A stretch of DNA of 64,000 nt, taken from NCBI GenBank assembly GCA_965248575.1, contig CBDFJQ010000002.1:2336001-2400000 (forward strand), written 5' to 3'. This DNA comes from Planctomycetota bacterium. GTDB lineage: Bacteria > Planctomycetota > B15-G4. Positions 37,821 to 47,951 of this stretch are shown in pieces (the stretch's first letter is position 1; the number at the start of each line of letters is the position of its first letter). The notes beneath the pieces are model-generated. The model made no database searches. It was not told the DNA's origin and worked only from the letters and a program-made list of their open reading frames with translations. The position numbers and the translations under genes are program-made.

Positions 37821-40800
37821 TCAAAGAGGCCAGCGCAGAGCGAAGACCTTGCTGACCGAGTTGTTCTCCAGCTTGTCGCCGTTGCCTGGGGAATCGATGG
37901 AGACGGTGGCCCTCGCCCAGATGGTCGAATCGCCGAACACCCAGGGCGTGCCCGGAATCGCGGCCAGGGGGGCACTGGCGGATGGCACAAAGCCATCACC
38001 CCAGCCATCCACCGGCCCCGACGCACCCAGCGGGATATCGCCCAGAGGCGTGAAGGGTGTGCTCTCGTCTGGGTCCGGGGTTCCAGCCAACTGGAGGTAC
38101 CAGGACATGGACAAGGTTCCGTTGACACCCGCAGCCACCAAGTCATCCGTCCCCACGTTGTGCACGCTCGGCATGTCGAACTCGATGGAGCCGTTGTCCA
38201 CGTAGATGTCGAACTCGCGCGCAGTCAGGGCGGGGTCAGGAAAACTCGAGGGCGTCCCGCTGTCCGGCACGAAGTTCCGCAACTCCAGTACGTACTCGGC
38301 ACCACACGCCGCCCCGGAGCTGTCGTTGGGCAGCACGACATCCGCGAAGCCGTTGCTCCCGTAGTGACCGATGGTGATGGCGCTCACGAAAGTGGCCTGG
38401 CCCGTGGCGATGCCGTCGTCGCCTCCATTCGGGCCGGTGTAGAGGTCGTACGTCCCCGCAGGAAGCCCATGACGGAATCGGAGCCGGACGGTGGTCGTCG
38501 TCCCCGAGGTACCTGCCGCGAAGTTGACCACCAACGCGCGCCACACGTCCGCTGCCAGCACGCTGTCGTACTGCCAGCCCTTGGCCAGGGCCACCAGCTC
38601 CAGATCCGGCTCTCCCGGGAGACTTTCCCAACGCAGGGTCGTGTTGGGGAAGCTCGTTGACAGATAGCCTTGGGTGAGGACTGCAAGGGCCTGTGAGTTG
38701 GCGCTTTTCCGCGAGAGGTAGATGCGGTCGATGTAGCTAACCCAATCCGTGGCCAGGCCGAAGAAGGCCTCCAACCAGTTGAAACCCGCCGCAAAGTCGG
38801 CCTCGAGCAAGTCCTTGCCGGCGTCGAGGCTCACGTCGTCCGCGAAGAGCGCCTTGGGGTAGCCGTCACAACCGCTCAACGGAAATGCCGAAGGCGTCCA
38901 GGTGGAAGGGTTGCGACAGCCGAGCCCCGCCTTGAGGTACTCAATCAAATTCGCATGGAAGGGCTCCAAGGCCAGCGTGGCGTCCGCTTCAAGGAACGAC
39001 AGCTGCTGCGTCAACACCTGACGGAAGCCCTTGCTCTTCTCGAGTTCCGTCGCCGCCCACCAGGCGCTGCCAGCCGTCGTGTCCATCGTCAGGCTCATCA
39101 CCGGGCCGGGCCCGAGGGGTGTGCCGGCGCGATCCAAGGTCACACGCCAGTACTCACCGAGCAGCTGCGCCGCGCGGTACAGCGGCAGCAGGTATTCATG
39201 GCGCTCAGCGAGAGGCGTCTCCTTGTCGAGGTAGCGCCAGAGCATGGGCCCATACACATAGTCGGAGGAGACCAGCGCGCCCTGTAGGTCACCATAGGGC
39301 CCGGTCCACCACTCAGGTGTGGTCCCACCCATGGCAGGGACCTCGCCGTACTCGAGGTACGGGAAACTCGTGTCGTATTGGATCAAGACAGGGGGCACGC
39401 CGACCGGCTTAGCCTGGGTGGGCGTCGAGGTGGCGTCGGCCAGGCTGCCATCGTCCATGAGCACCACCCACCACCACTCCGCCCACTGCCTGAGCAGGCG
39501 CACTGTCCCCGGGTGCCGGTTGTGGGCGGCAACGTAGAAGGCTGGCAAGATGGAACGCCCGTTGAGCGTGACATCGCCCGCTGCCGATCCTCCGGAGCCG
39601 GTCATGTCGTCGGACCCCTCCGCATCCATGTGCCAATTCACGTAGCGGCGGTAGTCGATGAAGCCCGCGGTCTCGGGGTCCGTGTGCTTCATGGGGCCGA
39701 CCCCAAAGGGGTTACCCGAGTTCGCGTCCAGCAACTCCGTCCACGGCGCGCCGCCGGCTTGGCTGCCACCCGACGCCCACACATCGTCCCCCAGATACTG
39801 GGTGGATTGCAGCGCATACTCGAGATACCAGGGGTCGCCGTAGCGTATCTGCAGCATGGCCCACAGGCCGTTGCCCGTGTACTCCCCACTGTGCTCCACG
39901 TCGGCGGCGCCCACGGCATTGTTGCCGTGGTAGTACTCACCGCTGCCCTCCGGTGCGGGGCCCCAGGGAGCCAACCAGGTGTCGGTCACTCCCTGCGCCG
40001 TCGCCTCGATGTGAGGGTCCCGGCCCGGGAACGCCAGGGTGGGGTAGACCATCTGCAGCACGAACTCCGGGTCGTCCCCGTCACCACCTCCAAACTCCTG
40101 GTCGAGAGAACCCACGTCGGCCCACCACGTGTGGGCTGCGCGATGGGCGACGTCGAATCGGCGGAGCTGCCGCGCCCAGACGTTGTCTGTGCAGAGCGGA
40201 TCCTCGGGATCGATGGACGAGGCCGGCAGCAGCAGATCGCTCCACCAGTAGCTCTCACCGGGGCCGTGGACAGTGACAGCCCCTTCCCCACCCCATTTGC
40301 CGGTGATCCCGCCCACGTCGTTCTGGTCGTAGTCAGGGTCGTTGGGCGGGTTCTTCACGTCGTAGGTGCCCATGTGATTCAGGATGGCGAGGGCATCGTG
40401 CGACCCGAAGGGGCCCACGTTCGCCCCGCCCAGGGGCTCGGTTGCGTCCGAAAACAAACCCTCGTCTGCGAACTCACGCGCCAGGTCGAAGTGCTGCTGG
40501 ACGAAGTACAGAGCGGTCGTCAACGTCGAGACGTTCACGTTCTTCGTGTGCCGGGCCCAGGTGTTGAGCCCCGTGTACAACATGGCCTTGAAGAACAGTG
40601 GGTGGGTCTCGAGGCGCGCGCTGTTGTAGGTCGGGCCCAACTGTTGCCCGCCAACATTCCTCCACAATGCCTCCGCAGCGTTGAGATTCAGCAGGCCGAC
40701 GTTGATGTCGGGGTACAGTCCCATGTCATTGAGGTCGTCCTCCAAGCTGCGGTACCAGTTCTCGTACTCGTCATTGCCGGGCAGGATCGCGCGCGGCACG

Positions 40801-42017
40801 CCACCCATCCGTTCATGCAGCAAGGCCCGGCGATACTGCTTCGCGAGCTCGAGATGGTGAGCGATGAAGCCGCCACGGGAGTCCGTGGTGACATCGATGG
40901 CCTCCAGCTCCCCGAGGGCCTCTTCCAGACATTCCCACTCGTAGCCGTCGTGGCCGAAGAGCCGTCGATCGCCACCGAGCCAACCCGCCAACCAAAGCAG
41001 CGCTTCGGCCCGCGTGACGTCATCTTGAATCAGATCGAAATCGATCTTGGCGGCCGCGGGGTCGTCCTGGACGACGAGGTCATCCAATCCGTTCAGCACG
41101 TGTGTCTGGTCACTGCCCACCCAACTCGAGTAGGCCGTGTTGATGGCCAAGGGGCTGGAGAGGTTCTGCTTGTCGAAGTAGATCGGCGGCATGTCGGCCG
41201 CTTGGTACGGAAAGATCTCCAGGGCTGCGACAGAGGTATGCGGCTCGGCCGAGAGGATCTGGAATTGGACCCGCTCGTCCGCCCCTTCACAGAGGGGGTC
41301 CATGGTGAACCAGAGACTTCGCCAACCGCCGACGGACTGGGTGAGCGAGGCCTTCTGGAGCATGGTCCGGGTCCAGATCCCGTCTCCCCACTGCTCGTCG
41401 GGGTCTGGAAAGACCTCTTCCAAGACCGAGTCGTACGTCACGGTCCCCCCGCACGAACCCTGGGTTCCTGCCAGGACGCGGATCGCGTGAACCTCCGTGT
41501 CCGAGCGGCCGATCAGCAAGCGCACAAGCACCTTGCCCGTCCCCGGCGCGACGAAAGCCGTGAAGACCTTCTCGCTGCTGTGCCAGCGGTGGCCGTTCAC
41601 CACTTGGGCGTAGTCGGCGTCGTGGTCTGGAGAGGCCTTGCCCGGGGGCAGGGAATTGATACCCGCAAGTGGCTGCAGCTCGAGCGCCAGAAGGCAGTTC
41701 CAGACCTCCAGGGCTGTCACGTCCGCAGGAAAGATCTTCCAGGCTTCGGAAGTCGCCTCGGTGCCCCATCCGAAGTAGGGAGCCGTGGGGGTTGCCGGGT
41801 CCTGAATCTGGTCCGGCAACATGGCTGTGTAACCCTGCGCCGTCGTTGGGTTGGTGTTCTCGAAGCACCCTTCGTTGAAGAAGGAGGGCGGGAAGGCCGC
41901 TGGGTCGTGAACGAAATCCACCCGTAGCGGAAGCGTGACATGGCTCTGCGCTGCCGCGCTCACGGACACGCCCACGAGCACACCAACCACACACAACACC
42001 TTGTCCCATCGAAGCAT
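37821..42017 (-). CDS. Large secreted hypothetical protein (1398 aa)
   Basis: Signal peptide ...VSVSAAAQ after GAGGGGAAG; long ORF rich in Trp/Tyr/Asp. Confidence 0.75.
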   Translation of the reverse strand: MLRWDKVLCVVGVLVGVSVSAAAQSHVTLPLRVDFVHDPAAFPPSFFNEGCFENTNPTTAQGYTAMLPDQIQDPATPTAPYFGWGTEATSEAWKIFPADVTALEVWNCLLALELQPLAGINSLPPGKASPDHDADYAQVVNGHRWHSSEKVFTAFVAPGTGKVLVRLLIGRSDTEVHAIRVLAGTQGSCGGTVTYDSVLEEVFPDPDEQWGDGIWTRTMLQKASLTQSVGGWRSLWFTMDPLCEGADERVQFQILSAEPHTSVAALEIFPYQAADMPPIYFDKQNLSSPLAINTAYSSWVGSDQTHVLNGLDDLVVQDDPAAAKIDFDLIQDDVTRAEALLWLAGWLGGDRRLFGHDGYEWECLEEALGELEAIDVTTDSRGGFIAHHLELAKQYRRALLHERMGGVPRAILPGNDEYENWYRSLEDDLNDMGLYPDINVGLLNLNAAEALWRNVGGQQLGPTYNSARLETHPLFFKAMLYTGLNTWARHTKNVNVSTLTTALYFVQQHFDLAREFADEGLFSDATEPLGGANVGPFGSHDALAILNHMGTYDVKNPPNDPDYDQNDVGGITGKWGGEGAVTVHGPGESYWWSDLLLPASSIDPEDPLCTDNVWARQLRRFDVAHRAAHTWWADVGSLDQEFGGGDGDDPEFVLQMVYPTLAFPGRDPHIEATAQGVTDTWLAPWGPAPEGSGEYYHGNNAVGAADVEHSGEYTGNGLWAMLQIRYGDPWYLEYALQSTQYLGDDVWASGGSQAGGAPWTELLDANSGNPFGVGPMKHTDPETAGFIDYRRYVNWHMDAEGSDDMTGSGGSAAGDVTLNGRSILPAFYVAAHNRHPGTVRLLRQWAEWWWVVLMDDGSLADATSTPTQAKPVGVPPVLIQYDTSFPYLEYGEVPAMGGTTPEWWTGPYGDLQGALVSSDYVYGPMLWRYLDKETPLAERHEYLLPLYRAAQLLGEYWRVTLDRAGTPLGPGPVMSLTMDTTAGSAWWAATELEKSKGFRQVLTQQLSFLEADATLALEPFHANLIEYLKAGLGCRNPSTWTPSAFPLSGCDGYPKALFADDVSLDAGKDLLEADFAAGFNWLEAFFGLATDWVSYIDRIYLSRKSANSQALAVLTQGYLSTSFPNTTLRWESLPGEPDLELVALAKGWQYDSVLAADVWRALVVNFAAGTSGTTTTVRLRFRHGLPAGTYDLYTGPNGGDDGIATGQATFVSAITIGHYGSNGFADVVLPNDSSGAACGAEYVLELRNFVPDSGTPSSFPDPALTAREFDIYVDNGSIEFDMPSVHNVGTDDLVAAGVNGTLSMSWYLQLAGTPDPDESTPFTPLGDIPLGASGPVDGWGDGFVPSASAPLAAIPGTPWVFGDSTIWARATVSIDSPGNGDKLENNSVSKVFALRWPL

Positions 42018-42545
42018 GATCTTCTTCCCCTCTTCCGTTGGTCACATGCCCATGGCTCACGCGCTGCAAGCTGGCGGCACACACCCCTGACCCCACACGC
42101 GGCGGCAGCGTTTCAGTAATTCCTCGGGTGAGCAGCGACTGAGACCCGTGGTGTGGGCACACACCGCAGCAGCCCAGACGGGAGGTCACTCACGATCAAC
42201 CGAGAGCAGCCGCGATGGCGCGCGCTTTGCGGGAACATCGATCGCAAGATTCGCAAGCGATACGCATCTCGCGTCCGTCCGCACCCCGAAGCGTACCGCT
42301 GGGTGAGAAGCTGACCTCCGATCGATCAGCCTTAACGTCCGACATCAGCCAAGAACTTGCAGAAAAAAGGCGGTCGAAGCCTGAGTCGGTGGCGAATGTC
42401 GCGCTGCGCTCTCCGGTCGAGAGTTAGGGGCGGCGTGGCGCCCCATCGATCCTTGAATCGCCCCTAGCATGGGGTTCCTTCTCGCGGCAGCCGTGCCCCC
42501 GATGCCCCTTGCACCCTGTCGCTCCCCCCTGCCCGGAGCCTATCG

Positions 42546-44156
42546 ATGCAAACCGTCATGCTGATGTCTTCCCTCGCAACATGCTTCGCATTGACCTCGT
42601 CGTTCACAGCAGCTGCACAACTGCCCCCGCCTTCAGCGAACACCGAGACGCTCGCATCACCCGTGGACGTCGCACGACCCGATGAAGCCTGCGGCTTCCT
42701 GCACACTGCAGAAGGCGCCCGACAGCACATCGACGCCGTACGCAGCGGCGCTCGCGTCCCGCCCCAGGCGCAACACCCCCATCACATCGTGCCCCGCCAA
42801 AGCGAACAGTACTTGGGGACAGCACCCACTGTCACAGCCGACGACCTCTTCCTCTACGAAGACAGCGCCAGCCTCCTGATCAGCAACTTCGCCGATGGCG
42901 ACCTCTTCGACCTCATGGCCGAAGGCGCGAACGCGCTCATCGCCGAGCGCGGTGACAACTTCGATTTCGTCGGCTACTTCCTGGACTTCGAACCCGATCA
43001 CTTGATCGGAGCGGCCTTCTACCTGCCGCTGGAGAATGACGTCACGGGCATCGGCGACCTGAGCCCATTCGGCGGCGGCAGCACGCTCTTCAATCTGCGC
43101 CCGACCTTTGGCGTCGTCGGCGACCAGATCGAAGGCTTCGTGATGATGTGGGACGTGAACTCTTCCTTCTGGGAGGCAGGATCGGGCCCGGGTGCCGCCT
43201 TCACACGCCTGGCTCTCGGCCAGGAGTTCGAGCACCGCTACGGCCTGTTCCTCGACCCGCTGCTGGACGGTCGCATCATGCAAGGTGACGACAGCTACTG
43301 CGGTCGCTCGGCCCATTGGAACTGGGCGATCGACGGCCAGTTCTCAGGCATGGAGATCGGCGAGTGGCAGGGCACCAGCCCGGCAAATTTCCTGGGTTCC
43401 CTGGGCTTCAACCTCGACATTCCCGGCAGCGTGTTCAGCTACTCCGATCTCTACCTGATGGGCTATGTGAGTGCGGCGGAGATGGATGCGGGCAACAGTG
43501 AACTGCGCTTCATGGAAGGCAGCGACTGCTACAGCCCTCAATTCGGGACCATCAGCAACTTTGACTCCAGCGACATCATCGCGTCCAACGGCCCCCGCGC
43601 GCCCGATGTCACCGGCGAGCAGAAGGACTACCGCACGGGCTGGGTCGTCTTCCATCTCCCCGGGCAGCTTCCAAATGCTGCAGAGACGACCAAGCTCCTG
43701 GGCATCCTCAACCAACACAGCGCGGACTGGAGCACAAGCACGCTCGGCCGCGGCGTCATGGACAACACCTTGCCCGAGCCCATCATCACCTTCAGCGACC
43801 TGGGCGGTGGTTCGCCCGGCGTGAACGGTACGCCGAGCCTGATGGCCAGCGGGGCCCTCACGGGCGGGACTCCGGTCCAGGTGGACCTCGTGAACGGCCC
43901 GCCGAACGAGCTGGCTCTCGCCTGGTTGTCCGGCACCTCAGTCCCGCTGCCCATCTTCGGGGGCACGATCTTCGCCAACCCCTTCGTGTCGCAGTTCCTG
44001 CGAGTCACCGACGGCTCCGGCTCCTTCTCCCAGTCTGCAAGCTGGCCAGCGGGCGTCCCCATGGGCACGGACCTCTATCTGCAGTTCCTGTGCCAGGACC
44101 TGACGGTGCTCTCGAACATCACTTTGTCGAACGCGGTCTTCGCCACCACACCGTGA
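42546..44156 (+). CDS. Secreted zincin-like protein (QEFEH motif) plus shared CTD
   Basis: Signal peptide; N-terminal ACGFLH; GQEFEHRYG...AHWNW...DLYLMG; CTD ends ITLSNAVFATTP. Confidence 0.75.
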   Translation: MQTVMLMSSLATCFALTSSFTAAAQLPPPSANTETLASPVDVARPDEACGFLHTAEGARQHIDAVRSGARVPPQAQHPHHIVPRQSEQYLGTAPTVTADDLFLYEDSASLLISNFADGDLFDLMAEGANALIAERGDNFDFVGYFLDFEPDHLIGAAFYLPLENDVTGIGDLSPFGGGSTLFNLRPTFGVVGDQIEGFVMMWDVNSSFWEAGSGPGAAFTRLALGQEFEHRYGLFLDPLLDGRIMQGDDSYCGRSAHWNWAIDGQFSGMEIGEWQGTSPANFLGSLGFNLDIPGSVFSYSDLYLMGYVSAAEMDAGNSELRFMEGSDCYSPQFGTISNFDSSDIIASNGPRAPDVTGEQKDYRTGWVVFHLPGQLPNAAETTKLLGILNQHSADWSTSTLGRGVMDNTLPEPIITFSDLGGGSPGVNGTPSLMASGALTGGTPVQVDLVNGPPNELALAWLSGTSVPLPIFGGTIFANPFVSQFLRVTDGSGSFSQSASWPAGVPMGTDLYLQFLCQDLTVLSNITLSNAVFATTP

Positions 44157-44207
44157 TGCCCTGAGTGCACTGGATGCGCAGCAGGGGCGGCGGCGCCCGA
44201 AGCGACG

Positions 44208-44753
44208 TCAGTCGCGAAACGCCCGTCGCCCCTGTTCGAGCTGCGCGAGCACGTCATCGATGGGAAGACGCCCGCGGACTGCGTTTCCATCGAGGCGCCC
44301 CGCCAGATCCCGCCCCTCGTGATCGTGGATGCGTAGCACGGGGTAGCTCCCCCACGACTCGTCGTAGAATTCATAGGGTTGGCTGCGATCGAGGGTGTCG
44401 ATGAACAGCGGCACGAAGGCCTTGCTGGCTGCGAGGATGCGTGAGTCGCGAAGCGGACCGCTCGCGAAATGCTGGCAACCCTCTCAGCCAGGGTTCTCAC
44501 CGAAGTGCACCCAGAGGGCCTTGTCCTCGGTCCGCGCCACCTCGAGCGCCTGCGCGTAGTCGACATACCAGTCGATCTCACCGATTCGCACCAGCTCAGC
44601 GGAAGCAGCCTCCGCTGGCTCCCTGGCAGCGTCATCTTTGGATGGCCGCGCTTCTTCTGAGTCCATTTGGCAAGCCATCACGAGCAGCCCGATCGACAGC
44701 GCAGCAGACAGCCTACGGGCGGATCGGGCAGGAGCCTTGGGTTCAATCGTCAT
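44208..44753 (-). CDS. Thioredoxin-like selenoprotein (lipoprotein, UxxC motif)
   Basis: In-frame TGA at 44486-44484 joins ...IDWYVDYAQALEVARTEDKALWVHFGENPG to EGCQHFASGPLRD...FVPLFIDT; lipobox VMAC; downstream hairpin. Confidence 0.8.
44446..44467 (-). promoter_or_regulatory. Putative bacterial SECIS element
   Basis: TCGCGAGCG-GTC-CGCTTCGCGA stem-loop with its apical loop about 25 nt after the in-frame TGA. Confidence 0.65.
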
Positions 44754-44831
44754 CTGCTCAGTATGCCATTCCAAAGAAGCAAGACCGCTGGGCCCCATCA
44801 CCCGGGGCCCGGCGTTGTTATGGTCCCCCCC

Positions 44832-46268
44832 GTGTCCGCGACCTTTGAATCCCTTGGCTTGTCCTCCACGCATCTCGCCGTGCTCGGTGAGCTGGGCTAC
44901 AGCCAACCGACACCCATCCAAACCGCCAGCATCCCCGAGCTCCTCGCGGGCAAGGACCTGATCGGGCAGTCGATGACCGGGAGCGGCAAAACCGCCGCCT
45001 TCGCCCTGCCGATCCTGCAGAAGCTCGACATGGAGGCACGTTCGCTCCAGGCACTGGTGCTCTGTCCGACCCGGGAGCTCTGTGCCCAGGTCGCCCGGGA
45101 GATCCGGAAGCTGGGCCGCAAGCAGGCGGGCCTGGCCGTCCTGGAGGTGGTCGGGGGCCAACCCATGTGGCGCCAGCTGGACGCACTGCGAAGGGGAGTG
45201 CACCTTGTCGTGGGAACCCCTGGCCGTCTGATCGACCACTTGCAACGCGGCAGCCTGGGCACCCAGGACATCCAGACCGTCGTGCTGGACGAAGCGGACC
45301 GCATGCTGGACATGGGATTCGGAGCGGACGTCGAGTCGATCCTGCAAGCGCTCCCTGCGGAGCGACAGACCGCACTCTTCTCGGCAACCTTCCCCTCCTC
45401 CATCGAGGCGCTCTGCCGCAAACTGCAGCGCAACGCAACACGGGTGTCCATTGACAGCCCCAGCGAGCGCTCGCCCGAAATCCACCAACTGCGGCTCGAA
45501 GCCGAGGGGCACGAGAGCTTCCATGCCCTGTGCTGGTTGCTCCACAAATATCCGCATGACTCAGCGCTGATCTTCTGCAATTACAAGACCACGGTGTTGG
45601 AGCTGGCCCGGGCGCTCTCTGCGTCGGGTCTCAGCGCGGGCCGACTCGACGGCGACCTGGATCAGTACGAACGCGACCAGGTGCTGGCCAGGTTTCGCAA
45701 CCAGAGTGTGAGGATCCTCGTCGCCACAGATGTCGCCGGGCGCGGTATCGACGTCTCGGGCCTGGACCTGGTCATCAACTACGAGTTGCCCGCCCAGCCG
45801 GACGACTATGTGCACCGCATCGGGCGCACCGGTAGGGCGGGCAAGGCAGGGCTGGCCGTTGCCCTGACCATGCAGGGTCAGGAGGAACGGGTCAGCGCGA
45901 TCCAGAATCTCACCGGAGTGAAGCTGGAACGGCTCACCCGCAACGCCGGAAACGACCCTGGCCTCCCACGGCTGATCGAGAAGATCGCTCGAAACTCCAG
46001 CATGATGACGATCCTCATATCCGCCGGACGGAAGGACAAGGTCCGCCCGGGAGACATCCTGGGCGCCTTGACCGGGGAGGCCGGGGGGCTCGAGGCCAAG
46101 GATGTCGGGAAGATCGAGATCCACGACCGCCTCTCGTATGTCGCGATCGCAAGCCCCGTCGCACGACATGCGACCCAACAACTCAACGTCGGCCGCCTGA
46201 AGCGCCGACGTGTGAAGGCCACGCTCATCACGGGTCTGGAACAGGACCGTCCACGCCGTGGCCGCTGA
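44832..46268 (+). CDS. dbpA: DEAD-box ATP-dependent RNA helicase DbpA
   Basis: Q motif, [26 protein letters not shown]; DbpA RNA-binding domain [17 protein letters not shown]. Confidence 0.9.
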   Translation: MSATFESLGLSSTHLAVLGELGYSQPTPIQTASIPELLAGKDLIGQSMTGSGKTAAFALPILQKLDMEARSLQALVLCPTRELCAQVAREIRKLGRKQAGLAVLEVVGGQPMWRQLDALRRGVHLVVGTPGRLIDHLQRGSLGTQDIQTVVLDEADRMLDMGFGADVESILQALPAERQTALFSATFPSSIEALCRKLQRNATRVSIDSPSERSPEIHQLRLEAEGHESFHALCWLLHKYPHDSALIFCNYKTTVLELARALSASGLSAGRLDGDLDQYERDQVLARFRNQSVRILVATDVAGRGIDVSGLDLVINYELPAQPDDYVHRIGRTGRAGKAGLAVALTMQGQEERVSAIQNLTGVKLERLTRNAGNDPGLPRLIEKIARNSSMMTILISAGRKDKVRPGDILGALTGEAGGLEAKDVGKIEIHDRLSYVAIASPVARHATQQLNVGRLKRRRVKATLITGLEQDRPRRGR

Positions 46269-46485
46269 GCAACCCAACAACCCGTTGCACGGCATCACCC
46301 TGAAGGCCATCGTCGAGGACCTCGTCGAGCGCCGTGGCTGGGATGATCTCGCGTTCCGCATCGACATCAACTGCTTCAAGCAGGACCCGAGCATCTCGTC
46401 GACCCTGAAGTTCCTGCGCAAGACCGAGTGGGCGCGCAAGAAAGTTGAACGGCTCTATCTGGCTGACAAACGCCAGGGGCGTTGA
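46258..46485 (+). CDS. VF530 (DUF2132) family small protein
   Basis: NNPLHGITL...GW..LA..I.INCF..DPSI.S.LKFLRKT.WAR.KVE.LYL signature. Confidence 0.9.
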   Translation: MAAEQPNNPLHGITLKAIVEDLVERRGWDDLAFRIDINCFKQDPSISSTLKFLRKTEWARKKVERLYLADKRQGR

Positions 46486-46583
46486 AGGTGCCGGGGGCAG
46501 GCTTTGATTCAGGACGCGGGAGTCGAGGCCTCATGGCCTAAGCTCTGGGAAACGAGTGCTCGCCGAATCGGATACGAGAAGCC

Positions 46584-47363
46584 ATGGCCACGTCAGCTCC
46601 GGATTCCCAGAACATCGCCGTCTTCATCGACCTCGAAAATGTCGCGATCGGCGTCCGCGATGCCAAGTTCAAGACCTTCGACATCGACGTGGTCTTCCGG
46701 CGCCTCGTGGACAAGGGCAACATCCTGGTGCGCAAGGCGTACGCCGACTGGAGCAAGTTCGCTGAGTACAAGCGCCCCCTGCACGAGGCAGGCGTCGAGC
46801 TCATCGACATGCCGGGCAGCAAGCTGACGGGCAAGAACAGCGCCGACATCAAGATGGTGGTGGATGCCCTGGAGCTGTCGTTCAGCAAGGAGCACATCGA
46901 CACCTTCGCGCTCATCAGCGGCGACTCGGACTTCACGCCCTTGGTTTCCAAGTTGCGGGAGAACAACAAGCACACCATTGCGGTGGGCGTGAAGAACTCG
47001 ACCAGCAAGTTGCTGATCGACATGTGCGATGAGTTCATCTACTACGACGACCTGGCCCGCGCCAAGACCGCCAAGACCAAGAAGACTTCCGGGCTGCCGC
47101 GTCTGCCCAAGAAGACGCAGGAGGCCTTCGTGCTGCTCATGGACGCCGTGGCTGCCCTGCAACGCGAGAACCGGGAGATGCACGGTTCGCTGGTGAAGGA
47201 GACCATGAAGCGCAAGCAGCCCCAGTTCAGCGAGGAGTACCACGGATACCGCTCATTCGGGAAGCTGCTCGAGGACGCCCAGAAGCACAAGCTGATCACC
47301 CTCAAGAAGGGCAACCGGAGCGGTACCTGGGTCATCGACGAGGTGCTCGAGGACAGCGTCTAG
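46584..47363 (+). CDS. NYN (PIN-like) domain protein with OST-HTH/LOTUS domain
   Basis: FIDLEN, KNSADIKMVVD, SGDSDFTPL; C-terminal PQFSEEYHGYRSFGKLLE. Confidence 0.92.
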   Translation: MATSAPDSQNIAVFIDLENVAIGVRDAKFKTFDIDVVFRRLVDKGNILVRKAYADWSKFAEYKRPLHEAGVELIDMPGSKLTGKNSADIKMVVDALELSFSKEHIDTFALISGDSDFTPLVSKLRENNKHTIAVGVKNSTSKLLIDMCDEFIYYDDLARAKTAKTKKTSGLPRLPKKTQEAFVLLMDAVAALQRENREMHGSLVKETMKRKQPQFSEEYHGYRSFGKLLEDAQKHKLITLKKGNRSGTWVIDEVLEDSV

Positions 47364-47591
47364 CCGGACGTGCGCGTCGAGCGCGCGACTCACGAGGCTC
47401 ACAGGGCCGGCCCCTGCTCCGCCAGCGGCGGTCAGACGGCGTGGCGGAGGGCAAGCCCGACGTCGCAGCCACGAATCCTGATGTGTACCACCGAAAAAGC
47501 GCAGGACATCGCGCTTCGATCGAGGCACGATACGGGCTTACGTCACGGCATGCGCGCCGTGCAACCGACTGAACGAAAGGACCTTCTGACG

Positions 47592-47915
47592 ATGAAGAAA
47601 TGTCTCGCAGTGCTCGTTCTCGCTCTCGCCATCATCCCCATGACGGGCTGCAACTCTGGTCCGAAGCGTCTCAGCCGTACTTGGGACGACTGGACCAACC
47701 AGGCCTACACCGAAAACGCCTGGGTCCATGGTGCGCTTCTCCAGGACGTCATCCCCGTCTACCCAATCGTGGGATTCTTCATGGCTATCGGCGACATCCT
47801 GGTCGTCAACCCTTGGTACTTCTGGTCGAGTGACGCCTGGGACAACAACGGTACGGGCTACGACCACGTGAACCCTGAGGGCACGGACAAGACGGTGACC
47901 GGCTACTGGAACTGA
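47592..47915 (+). CDS. Small lipoprotein, DUF3332-like
   Basis: AAAGGA RBS; lipobox MTGC; VIPVY...GDILVVNPWYFWS. Confidence 0.65.
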   Translation: MKKCLAVLVLALAIIPMTGCNSGPKRLSRTWDDWTNQAYTENAWVHGALLQDVIPVYPIVGFFMAIGDILVVNPWYFWSSDAWDNNGTGYDHVNPEGTDKTVTGYWN

Positions 47916-47951
47916 TCGTCGCCGACACCGCTCTGATCCAAGAGTTTCATC

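Noticed and set aside
39378..41927. 849-aa plus-strand ORF
   Set aside because: Antisense to the 1398-aa gene, which has the signal peptide, RBS and natural composition.
44208..44414. 68-aa stand-alone ORF, or a pseudogene reading of the thioredoxin-like gene
   Set aside because: It is in frame with the upstream part across a single TGA at the redox position, with a SECIS-like hairpin; Sec read-through explains it better.
44754..45557. Long N-terminal extension of the 357-aa minus ORF
   Set aside because: Antisense to dbpA; the likely start is 44753, just before the lipoprotein signal.
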